Origin: Acaryochloris marina S15
GTDB taxonomy: Bacteria; Cyanobacteriota; Cyanobacteriia; Thermosynechococcales; Thermosynechococcaceae
Assembly (NCBI RefSeq): GCF_018336915.1
Contig: NZ_CP064923.1
Coordinates: forward strand, 1,590,001-1,622,000
Direction of reading: 5' to 3'
Length of the DNA stretch: 32,000 nucleotides
A program made the translations under genes and the position numbers. Position 1 is the stretch's first letter, and each line of letters begins with the position of its first letter. The notes beneath the pieces are model-generated. The model was not told the origin of the DNA. It was given only the letters and a program-made list of their open reading frames with translations, and searched no databases. Positions 9,211 through 17,326 of the stretch are shown one piece after another.

Positions 9211-10668
9211 CTATTTTTTTTCTCCTAATCTTTTCTTCTTTAATTCTGAAGATTGGCGATAGAATTCAATGGCTTTCTGGTACTGTCCAAGGGCATCATA
9301 GGTATTTCCCAGGCTATTCAGCGAAGATATTTCAACAGTGTGATTGCCAATTTGTCTTGAAGCTGATAGCGACTGCTGATAATATTCAAGTGCTTTAGGA
9401 TATTGACCTAGTGCATAGGTTGTATTACCTAAATTATGTAAAGAATTTACCGCGATTGTTTGCTCACCCATTTGACGAGCAATAGTTAAGGATTGTTGAT
9501 AATGTTCCAAAGCTTTTTGATATTGACCCAGAGAATATGATGCAAGTCCTAAATTATTGAGAGCCTTTACTTCACTTTCTTGATTGCCAAGCTGACGGAC
9601 GATAGGCAAGGATTGTTGGTAGTATTCCAATGCTTTTTGATGTTGGCCCAAAGAATATGATGCAAGTCCTAAATTATTGAGAGCCTTTACTTCACTTTCT
9701 TGATTATTAAGCTGACGTGTAATCTCTAAAAGGTTTTGGTAGTATGTAATTGATTTTTGGTATTGACCTAACGAGAAAAAAGTATTTCCAATATCATTTA
9801 AAACTTTCGCCTTAGCTTCATTGTTGGCACTGCCAATGAACTCTAATAATTGTTGGTACTGCTCAATTGCCTTTGGAAGTTGACCGACTGAAGTATAAGC
9901 AGTTGCTAGATTGGTGAATAGAATAGTTTTCTGTTCAGTATTATTGTTGTCATTGGTTATGGCGATAAACTGCTCATAGAATTCTATCGCCTTCTGATAT
10001 TTACCCAAGGCATATGCTGAATTTCCCAACTGATTGAGAGCTTGTATTTCAGCCTTGCGATTACCTACTTTTTTCTGAATCTCTAAAGAGCGGAGATAGT
10101 ACTCAAAGGCATCTTGATATCCTTGATTTGCATAAGAAGCATTGCCAAGGTTATTTAAAGCATCAGCCTTAATATTTTTCATGCCAGATTGATTAGCAAT
10201 ACCTAATGATTTTTTATGGTAGTTAATTGCTTTTAGGTATAGCTTTTGAGAGTAATAAGTTGACCCCAGGTTATTAAGTGAACTCGCTTCAGTTTTTTGA
10301 TCGCCAATTTTACGTGCAATCGTTAAGGACTGTTCATAGAGCTGAATAGCTTTCTTGTATTGGCCTAAATTAGAGTATGTAAGCCCCAGATTATTCAGAG
10401 TTTTTAATTCACCGTCATCACTCTTGAGCACCTGGTAGATTTTTAGCGCTTTCAACCAAGACTGCAAGGCAGATTGATACTGACGCACCTCAAACTGCTT
10501 AATTCCTTGCTGAAAAAGGTAATTGGCATTTGAATTTTGTTCACCAGAAGGAATAGCTTGTGATAAAAGAACCTCAGAGCTAGTTGGTTCAGCAGCAACT
10601 CTGCAAGTTAACAGTACAAGCAAAAATGCTGATAGTGCCATGCGGAATAGTCTAAGGCCATAGCTCAT
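9211..10668 (-). CDS. Secreted tetratricopeptide-repeat protein (about 10 consecutive 40-aa TPR units)
   Basis: Repeated pattern ..ALNNLG..Y..LG.Y.KA(I/L)E.Y.QSL.I.R..G.. throughout. Signal-peptide-like MSYGLRLFRMALSAFLLVLLTCRVAAEP from ATG 10668, which has AGGAGA 9 nt upstream. The ORF-track longest start is 10698. Confidence 0.85.
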   Translation of the reverse strand: MSYGLRLFRMALSAFLLVLLTCRVAAEPTSSEVLLSQAIPSGEQNSNANYLFQQGIKQFEVRQYQSALQSWLKALKIYQVLKSDDGELKTLNNLGLTYSNLGQYKKAIQLYEQSLTIARKIGDQKTEASSLNNLGSTYYSQKLYLKAINYHKKSLGIANQSGMKNIKADALNNLGNASYANQGYQDAFEYYLRSLEIQKKVGNRKAEIQALNQLGNSAYALGKYQKAIEFYEQFIAITNDNNNTEQKTILFTNLATAYTSVGQLPKAIEQYQQLLEFIGSANNEAKAKVLNDIGNTFFSLGQYQKSITYYQNLLEITRQLNNQESEVKALNNLGLASYSLGQHQKALEYYQQSLPIVRQLGNQESEVKALNNLGLASYSLGQYQKALEHYQQSLTIARQMGEQTIAVNSLHNLGNTTYALGQYPKALEYYQQSLSASRQIGNHTVEISSLNSLGNTYDALGQYQKAIEFYRQSSELKKKRLGEKK

Positions 10669-11097
10669 TTTTACTGTTCTCCTAAAGCAATCAGTCACAG
10701 TAGTGTTTCTGTACTATTTTATGGGTCTACCTGAACTCCATTCGATATAAACTATCAAGAATTCAATCCAAGATCTTGATATAAAACAATTAAAAAGACA
10801 GCTAAAAAATATCTAGCAAGACTTTATAGAGCCTCTAAATAGTGATTATTTAATGTATTTTTAGGCATAGGCAGAGAAGTTGTGACTATTTATTCGATTT
10901 GAATTAAATAAAATTACATTACTGTATAACTGCTCCTGAAAATTGTCTATAATTCTATTTTGGAGCTTATACATCTTCATCAACACTTATTAGTATTTAC
11001 TAAGATCTGTTGGATTTATTGAAAATTAGCCTGAATGCCGCAAGGTAAACTATAATCTGCATTTGAAAAATGCCCAACTCTATCACTAACTATTTTA

Positions 11098-12906
11098 ATG
11101 ATGTGTTTATCCATATTACCGACAGCACTTCTGGGCATAGTAATTACAGCAACCCAACCTTATGTAATTGCTGCAAACAAACAAGCTGATGTTTACCGCT
11201 TAGCTAAAAAAAGCACCATTCTGGTTGATGGGCAAAATCCTGGCTCCGGCGTAATTATTGGCAAACAAGGAAATAGCTATTTTGTTCTAACTGCTGAACA
11301 TGTTGTTGAAACGGAAGATGAATATGAAATAGTGACACCCGACGGATCAAGATATCGTTTGGATTACAGCTCTGTTAGAAGGTTGCCAAACATTGATCTT
11401 GCTATTGTGTCATTCATCAGTAATAAAAATTACCCTCAAGCTAAACTAGGCAACTCCGATAACGTCACAGAAGGAGACAAAGTATTCATTGCTGGCTGGC
11501 CAGCACCGGGTAAAGCGCTCCCTCACGTCTATCAGATTACAAGTGGAGAAATCTCTGGCATTTGCCCACGCCCTGTTGCTAGAGGCTATCGGTTAATCTA
11601 CACAAATGTTACTCGTGCCGGTATGAGTGGTGGCCCCATTTTTAATGAAGGTGGGGAAGTTATCGGTATTCATGGATTAGCTGAAGGTAGAGAGGTCTAT
11701 CAGTCAGGGTATGAAGAATACCCCATTAAAACTGGATTTAACCTTGGTATTCCGATAAACACATTCTCTAGAGCCGCAAAGCAAGTAGATACCAATATTG
11801 CTCAATTGCCTAGTTCTCCCTCTACACCTCAACAAACAGTTGCGAAGTCGACTCACCTACCGGCAACTTCTAAAGCACCACCAGCTTCCCTACAAACAAC
11901 TGCAAAGCCAGCTCAGCTGCCCGCCGCTACTCCCAAAGCACCACCAGCTCCTCTACAAACAACTACAAAACCAGCTCAGCTACCGGCAACTCCTAAAGCA
12001 CCACCAGCTCCCCTACAAACAACTGCAAAACCAGCTCAGCTGCCCGCTACTACTCCCAAAGCACCACCAGCTCCCCTACAAACAACTGCAAAGCCAGCTC
12101 AGCTGCCCGCTACTACTCCCAAAGCACCACCAGCTCCCCTACAAACAACTGCAAAGCCAGCTCAGCTGCCCGCTACTACTCCCAAAGCACCACCAGTTCC
12201 CCTACAAACAACTGCAAAGCCAGCTCAGTTACCTGCCACTACTCCCAAAGCACCACCAGTTCCCCTACAAACAACTGCAAAGCCAGCTCAGTTACCTGCC
12301 ACTACTCCTAAAGCACCTCCAGCTCCTCTACAAATAACTGCAAAACCAGCTCAGCTACCTACTTCTCCTATAAGTCCTACAACTCAACCTAAATCGACAA
12401 CCAAGTTAGCTGAATTGCTGGATGCTCCCAAAATTCCATCTAAAAACCGTGGCCCTCAAATTTCATTTGCCCAAGCACCTAGATTAGTTCGCTCGCAATC
12501 TACCAGTAAAAATGCGAAAGAATTAGGGGCAACTTACTACTTCACAATTGATGTTCCCGCATCAGCTAACTTACCGCTTCAGCAAATTAACTTAACTCTT
12601 AAACAGGGAGTTGAATATCCACGATTTAAAGCTAGAGCAGTAAATGCTTTTGAGGGTACGCCAAGAAATAAGGGGACAGAATTACCTCTAGGACTTATCG
12701 TTACAGATCCCCCTACCCGGACTCTCACGGTTGTTTTTGACTCACCGGTAGTCCCTGGGAAAGGAGTGACTATCGCTGTTCGACCCGTTAGAAATCCTTC
12801 TGTTGGTACTTATCAATTTGAGGCAACGGCATTTCCAGAAGGAGACACTGCTAAAGGGCAGTTTGCAGGCATTGGAAGATTCGATTTTTACAGAAGCTCC
12901 AAGTAA
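11098..12906 (+). CDS. Secreted trypsin-like (S1) serine protease - proline-rich tandem repeat - DUF2808-like C-terminal domain
   Basis: Signal peptide. Catalytic triad context TAEH68VV / NID100LAIV / GMS177GGP. Eight KAPPAPLQTTAKPAQLPATTP units. The C-terminus (PRLVRS...ATYYFTIDVP...LPLQQINL...AFEGT...VVFDSPVVPGKGVTIAVRPVRNP..G.YQFEATAFPEGD...GIGRFDFY) matches my recollection of the cyanobacterial DUF2808 family. Confidence 0.8.
   Translation: MMCLSILPTALLGIVITATQPYVIAANKQADVYRLAKKSTILVDGQNPGSGVIIGKQGNSYFVLTAEHVVETEDEYEIVTPDGSRYRLDYSSVRRLPNIDLAIVSFISNKNYPQAKLGNSDNVTEGDKVFIAGWPAPGKALPHVYQITSGEISGICPRPVARGYRLIYTNVTRAGMSGGPIFNEGGEVIGIHGLAEGREVYQSGYEEYPIKTGFNLGIPINTFSRAAKQVDTNIAQLPSSPSTPQQTVAKSTHLPATSKAPPASLQTTAKPAQLPAATPKAPPAPLQTTTKPAQLPATPKAPPAPLQTTAKPAQLPATTPKAPPAPLQTTAKPAQLPATTPKAPPAPLQTTAKPAQLPATTPKAPPVPLQTTAKPAQLPATTPKAPPVPLQTTAKPAQLPATTPKAPPAPLQITAKPAQLPTSPISPTTQPKSTTKLAELLDAPKIPSKNRGPQISFAQAPRLVRSQSTSKNAKELGATYYFTIDVPASANLPLQQINLTLKQGVEYPRFKARAVNAFEGTPRNKGTELPLGLIVTDPPTRTLTVVFDSPVVPGKGVTIAVRPVRNPSVGTYQFEATAFPEGDTAKGQFAGIGRFDFYRSSK
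11872..12372 (+). repeat. Coding tandem repeat, 8 units of 63 nt (one of 60 nt)
   Basis: Units start at 11872, 11935, 11995, 12058, 12121, 12184, 12247 and 12310, all in frame. Units 4 and 5 are identical. Units 6 and 7 differ at 1 nt. A degenerate unit precedes at ~11806. Confidence 0.95.
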
Positions 12907-13049
12907 TTGCGGGATGACAATGGCTTTTTGATTCGTCTGTGGCAAGTCTTAGTGTTGACTTGACTACGAAAAACAGAGGCTCTCAGGCAATCACAATGAC
13001 CTGTTCTGGGTACGGTCATTCAAAATAGAGCTTTGAATCACCTTTCTCA

Positions 13050-13963
13050 GAAGCTGTTTGAAAAGTAAAAAGACAGTCTACCCAGCTTAAGTTTGAGGCT
13101 CTAATCGACGAACCATCAAATGAACCATAGCGGCAAAGATCATCATTTCGCTAGTGGTTGGCAAAAATTCATAATCCTTACTCAAGCGTCGATAATGACC
13201 GAACCAGGCATAGGTGCGTTCGACAACCCAGCGCTTCGGAATGACTGTAAAACCTGGTTCATCGCTGGTGCGTTTGAGGTGCTCTAGTGTCCAACCAAAC
13301 TGCTGGCCAACCCAGGCCATAAAGTCTTTACCTGCAAAGGTACTATCCACCCAAATCACTTGGAGACAACTCCAAAAAGCGGCGTAGAACGTTGCCAGTA
13401 AGGTCATTCCGTCATGGTCAGAACGTTTCGCACTATGGACACAGACCCCCAGCACTAACCCCATCGTATCGACCAAAATGGTGCGTTTGCGTCCTTTGAC
13501 TTTCTTTCCCCCATCAAACCCGATGTCTTGTCCGCCACTGGCAGTCTTGACCGATTGGCTATCGACACTCCCTGCACTGGGGAGTGCATTACGACCTGAT
13601 TGAAGGCGAATCTGTGTGCGCAATGCAGTATTGAGCTTCTCCCAGGTTCCGTCGTCCTCCCAAGCCCGAAAATAGGTGTATGTGCTTTGCCATTTCGGGA
13701 AATCATGGGGCATTGCACGCCACTTAATCCCGTTGGCAACCAAGTAAAAAATCCCATTCAAAACCTCTCGCATATCAATACTGCGCGGGCGTCCACCCGG
13801 TTTGGCATCAGGAATATAGGGTTTTAATATTTCCCACTGGGCATCGGTTAAGTCAGTGTCGTATGCTAGTCGTGTCATTTTGGGGTCTCCTGGTAGACCC
13901 CTTTACCTTAAAACCCCTCTCGATGAGAGATACAAGGGGTAAAACAACTTTTCAAACAGCTTC
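13050..13963 (-). mobile_element. Intact IS5-family insertion sequence (IS427/IS1031-like), 914 bp
   Basis: 17-bp perfect terminal inverted repeats GAAGCTGTTTGAAAAGT (13050-13066) and its reverse complement (13947-13963). These are flanked by a direct TCA duplication (13047-13049 and 13964-13966), the TNA 3-bp target duplication typical of this IS5 subgroup. It encloses one uninterrupted transposase ORF. Confidence 0.9.
13087..13878 (-). CDS. IS5-family DDE transposase (263 aa, single ORF, no frameshift)
   Basis: LTDAQWEILKPYIP...GGRPRSIDMREVLNGIFYLVANGIKWRAMPHDFPKWQSTYTYFRAW N-terminal HTH region. DDE region with VDSQSV..., WVDSTFAG..., VVERTYAWFGHYRRLSKDYE. Confidence 0.92.
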   Translation of the reverse strand: MTRLAYDTDLTDAQWEILKPYIPDAKPGGRPRSIDMREVLNGIFYLVANGIKWRAMPHDFPKWQSTYTYFRAWEDDGTWEKLNTALRTQIRLQSGRNALPSAGSVDSQSVKTASGGQDIGFDGGKKVKGRKRTILVDTMGLVLGVCVHSAKRSDHDGMTLLATFYAAFWSCLQVIWVDSTFAGKDFMAWVGQQFGWTLEHLKRTSDEPGFTVIPKRWVVERTYAWFGHYRRLSKDYEFLPTTSEMMIFAAMVHLMVRRLEPQT

Positions 13964-14408
13964 TCAGGTAGACAGATCTTTGAGTCTGTAAGAGTTTCCA
14001 TGTTCGTGTAAATAGAATTGTCATACAGCAGGCTCTTTAGATTGCTTTTGTATTTGATTAATAAATGACTTTTCAGTGGTTATCAGTAAAACCAAAATGC
14101 TGAAAATATTTAGATCGTCGTTTAAGATTACCTATATTTGTGCTCACCTAAAAAACAGCATGAATTCGGTTCTGTCTTGATTATTCTCCTTATAGTTCCC
14201 AGAATCTTGCTCATCCTATAAATGAGTGATTTCAAGCCTGATATTAAGCCAATTTACACTTTTTACACAACTTAAACATCACATAACTCTTGTTACTCAA
14301 AGGTTTCAAGCTCTATTCTTTATTAGGCATGAATGTCTTAGCTTCAAAGTATGCTAAATGCTGACAAAATAAGTTTGTGAAAAATTAAAGGTGTGAGAAA
14401 GTAGAATT

Positions 14409-16415
14409 ATGAAAAAAAATATTCAAAAAAAGACTTGTATTAGGATATTCTTTTTGGGGCTTACGATTGCGGCAGGAGAATTAGCTGTAGCTGCAGCTCC
14501 AATCACCCCACTAAAAAATAATCAAGAGAATTCTCCTATTGTTGCTGAGTCTGGGAATTTTACGAAACCGATATTATCTCAACCCATTAAAATTGCTGAT
14601 GCTGAAGAATTGACTGTTGATGAGTTACTGGGATCTGAGTCAGGCAAGGCTTACCACGGTGATCGTAGCCTGCATGAGCTGGGAGATAATTCCCAAGCTC
14701 AGGTTACTGCTGTTGGTCAACTAAGCGATGTAGACCCAACAGATTGGGCTTTTCAAGCAATTCAATCCTTAGTTGAGCGATACGGCTGTGTTGCTGGATA
14801 TCCGAATGGAACATTTAGGCCAAGCCGGGCTATTTCTCGACGAGAAGCTGCTGCTTTGGTTAATGCTTGTTTGGATAACCTCAGCAATCGTTTTGCCACA
14901 AAAGAAGATTTAGATGCCCTTAAAGCGCTGCAGGATGAGTTTGCGGCAGAACTCGCCACTTTAAGAGGACGTGTTGATGGATTAGAAGCACGCGTTGCAA
15001 CGGTAGAAGCACAGCAGTTTTCAACCACCACCAAACTGCAGGCTGAAGTGGTTATGGCTGCTCAGTTTGGCGACTTTGTCAGCAATGCTCAAAATACGAT
15101 TCCTGTGCCACTTGCAGCTCCAAATAGAACCAATGGTCAATTTATACCAGGTCCGGTCATACCAGGAGTTTTGAACCCCTTGGCACCATTACCAGTGAAC
15201 TCTCCCCGTATCGGTGACTCCCGACCATCTGCAATTTCCCGAGTTCGGCTGAATTTTAATACCAGCTTTCGTGGCGATGATTTATTACAAACTCAGTTTG
15301 AATTTGGCAATGGGGGACTGGACTTCTTTTCATCTGCGGGTCTTAACTCTCCTGTCTCTAATGGAGTGGGTGGTTTCCCCGGAGGGGACCCAAATCCTTT
15401 TCCCGTTCCCCGTGTTGTGGGTGGCACCTCACAGGGCAATAATCTTGGGGTATCTCTGGTTGATTTAGGAGCTGTTGACTACGCCGGACTTAGAAACGGT
15501 GTTGTTTTGCGGCGGTTAGCGTATAGTTTTAAACCCATTGGCCCAGATGTAACAATTACTGCGGGAACGAACATATTCCCAAGCGATTTTATTGATAGTA
15601 ATAGCTATGCTAATAATTCTGCCCAAGATTTCAATTCCGGCTTTTTCATCAATAATCCTTTAATTATTGCTAACTCTACTGGATTCTCTGCTGGTAATTG
15701 GGTTCCTGGTGGTGCAGGAGCTGCCGTTGACTGGAATGTTAACGGTGGACCAATCAGTTTCCGAGCTCTTTACATCGCAAGAGATGGGAAGAATGCAGCA
15801 GGTACTAGTGGTTTATGTGATTCAGCATTTCCTTGTAACGGTGGACTCTTTGGCGATCCTTACCAGGCTTCAGCTGAATTAGAGTATGCCGATACTTGGG
15901 GTGCAGAAGCCCAGAATAACTTTGCTGTTCGATTGCAATATACTCATTCAGAGACGAATAACGTTCGGCAGAATGCCCTTGGTGCCAACGTTGAGGCAAC
16001 TTTTAATCGCCGATTTGGGTTCTTTGGTCGGATTGGCTATTCGATTAACCCACAGATTGTCGTTAATACAGTCACTGGGCAACGAGGCGATCTGTTTAAC
16101 CCTGATCCCAATAATGTATTGGGTACGGGTATCGGAAACACCGGCATTAGCAACTACATTCTGACGTGGATGGGCGGCTTGGGCATCCGGGATTTAGGCG
16201 CACCGGGCTCACTGCTGGCTGTTGCGATAGGTCAACCCTTTGTGGTTGCGGGTGATGGTCAACCGTCTCAAACTAACTTTGAAGCGTTTTATCGTTTTTC
16301 GATTAACGACAATATTACTCTGACACCCACTGTAATGTTTATTTCTAATCCCTTTAACGTGAGTGGAAATAACGATGTTATTCAGGGGCTACTTCGGGCG
16401 ACGTTCTCGTTCTAA
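14409..16415 (+). CDS. Outer-membrane porin with N-terminal SLH domain, coiled-coil linker and OprB-type beta-barrel
   Basis: Signal peptide. SLH motif SDVDPTDWAFQAIQSLVERYGCVAGYPNGTFRPSRAISRREAAALVNACL. Coiled coil DLDALKALQDEFAAELATLRGRVDGLEARVATVEAQQF. G/N/F-rich barrel ending in ...LLRATFSF (C-terminal Phe). Confidence 0.9.
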   Translation: MKKNIQKKTCIRIFFLGLTIAAGELAVAAAPITPLKNNQENSPIVAESGNFTKPILSQPIKIADAEELTVDELLGSESGKAYHGDRSLHELGDNSQAQVTAVGQLSDVDPTDWAFQAIQSLVERYGCVAGYPNGTFRPSRAISRREAAALVNACLDNLSNRFATKEDLDALKALQDEFAAELATLRGRVDGLEARVATVEAQQFSTTTKLQAEVVMAAQFGDFVSNAQNTIPVPLAAPNRTNGQFIPGPVIPGVLNPLAPLPVNSPRIGDSRPSAISRVRLNFNTSFRGDDLLQTQFEFGNGGLDFFSSAGLNSPVSNGVGGFPGGDPNPFPVPRVVGGTSQGNNLGVSLVDLGAVDYAGLRNGVVLRRLAYSFKPIGPDVTITAGTNIFPSDFIDSNSYANNSAQDFNSGFFINNPLIIANSTGFSAGNWVPGGAGAAVDWNVNGGPISFRALYIARDGKNAAGTSGLCDSAFPCNGGLFGDPYQASAELEYADTWGAEAQNNFAVRLQYTHSETNNVRQNALGANVEATFNRRFGFFGRIGYSINPQIVVNTVTGQRGDLFNPDPNNVLGTGIGNTGISNYILTWMGGLGIRDLGAPGSLLAVAIGQPFVVAGDGQPSQTNFEAFYRFSINDNITLTPTVMFISNPFNVSGNNDVIQGLLRATFSF

Positions 16416-16461
16416 GCAAGACCCATGATTTTGAGGAGTAAGTCTTGCTTAGAACGAGAAC
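16403..16461 (+). terminator. 20-bp perfect-stem hairpin (19-nt loop) that includes the porin stop codon
   Basis: gttctcgttctaagcaagac (16403-16422) pairs with gtcttgcttagaacgagaac (16442-16461). The stop TAA at 16413-16415 lies in the left arm. No U-tract follows, so it may be a terminator or an mRNA-stabilising 3' structure. Confidence 0.55.
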
Positions 16462-16597
16462 ATATTGAGTGAATATTCTGTATGGTTTCTGCTTCTGAGC
16501 TAAGGCACCTCTAATACCAAAGATTCAACTTTGCGTTCAGGTAAAACCTCTCTGAGACACCGGTTGAGCTTTCGTTAACCTCTGCCAATCGTTTAAT

Positions 16598-16642
16598 AGA
16601 ATGTTAACCCTGTGGGAGGAATTCTCACAGGGTTAACATTCT
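16598..16642. repeat. 45-bp palindromic element (17-bp perfect arms)
   Basis: agaatgttaaccctgtg (16598-16614) and cacagggttaacattct (16626-16642) around an 11-nt centre. Intergenic. Function unknown. Confidence 0.6.
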
Positions 16643-16684
16643 GAAAAAATGTGGATAGTAACTTTGACTGCTCACAGTGACTGG

Positions 16685-16822
16685 GCTCTTTCGGGAGCAT
16701 GTCACCTTTGTAAGCTAGTATTTATACTCATCTCAAAAATCCTTGCTAGCCTTGCTTTCAGGCATCAAATTTTTAATTCCAAACTTTGTGCATTTGCAAA
16801 GGTGACATGCTCCCGCTCTTTC
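16685..16822. mobile_element. MITE-like non-autonomous element: 122 bp with 18-bp perfect TIRs and an 8-bp target-site duplication
   Basis: TIRs GGGAGCATGTCACCTTTG (16693-16710) and CAAAGGTGACATGCTCCC (16797-16814). The identical direct repeat GCTCTTTC sits immediately outside both ends (16685-16692 and 16815-16822). The 86-bp core is AT-rich and has no coding capacity. Confidence 0.7.
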
Positions 16823-17058
16823 TTTGAGAATGAAACGAGTCATGTTGATAAGGCAACGTAACTACCAGAGGAAACAACTAAGAAAAGAGATCTTTCTAAG
16901 CACTTAGCTGACAGCTGTTCTGTGAGGAGTAACGTAGTAAGCCAGGCTCTTGTGCGAGGCCAAGAACATAATCGGTAATGTTACGTTCCCCATCGCTGCA
17001 TCATTTGGGGACAGCTCTAGTAGTAGACTAGCGGGTAAATTTTTTGTGAGTGCCTTCC

Positions 17059-17322
17059 ATGACCTCTCCCCGCGTGCCCAACTACTGGCGGCAAAATACT
17101 GCCCTGATTCGCACCCTGCTGATTGTATGGGGTTTAGTCTCTCTTGTTTTCAGTATTTTGCTAGTTCAGCCCCTCAACAACATTTCCATTGGTAATTTAC
17201 CCCTTGGGTTTTGGATGGCTCAGCAGGGCTCCATCTTCGTATTTGTGGCCTTGATCTTTATCTATGCCAAGCAGATGGATAAGCTCGATCGCCAGTACAA
17301 CGCCAACCCTAAGCAGAAGTGA
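17059..17322 (+). CDS. DUF4212 small membrane protein (small subunit associated with sodium:solute symporters)
   Basis: YWRQNTALIRTLLIVWGLVSLVFSILLVQPLN...LPLGFWMAQQGSIFVFVALIFIYAKQMDKLD is the typical DUF4212 pattern. It sits directly upstream of an SSS transporter. ATG 17059 is preferred over the track start GTG 17050. Confidence 0.8.
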   Translation: MTSPRVPNYWRQNTALIRTLLIVWGLVSLVFSILLVQPLNNISIGNLPLGFWMAQQGSIFVFVALIFIYAKQMDKLDRQYNANPKQK

Positions 17323-17326
17323 TCCT

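Noticed and set aside
11798-12337. 179-aa ORF (LPKHHQLPYKQLQSQLSCP... repeats) in the +1 frame of the protease gene
   Set aside because: It is a shadow of the 63-nt tandem repeat. It stays open only because the repeat unit lacks stops in that frame. The protease frame continues through flanking recognisable S1 and DUF2808-like domains.
11872-12372. Regularly spaced direct repeats that might be taken for a CRISPR array
   Set aside because: The repeats are contiguous with no unique spacers, in frame, and lie within a long CDS. There are no cas genes in the window.
13455-13827. ORFs 13455-13757 (-) and 13600-13827 (+) inside the transposase, possibly hinting at a two-ORF frameshifted IS5 transposase
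   Set aside because: The 263-aa frame is continuous from the HTH region through the DDE motifs, so no frameshift is required. The nested ORFs are shadows.
16649-16861. 70-aa ORF in the porin/symporter spacer
   Set aside because: It spans the MITE-like element and its inverted repeats. It has no RBS or domain, and the open frame is best explained by AT-rich filler.
16950-17195. 81-aa ORF overlapping the DUF4212 gene start
   Set aside because: It is out of frame with, and overlaps, a recognisable DUF4212 protein. It has no features of its own.
17264-17326. 21-codon 5' extension of the symporter ORF given in the track
   Set aside because: The extension overlaps the DUF4212 gene. ATG 17327 lies 4 nt after the upstream stop and starts directly at the first TM helix, which is the usual arrangement.
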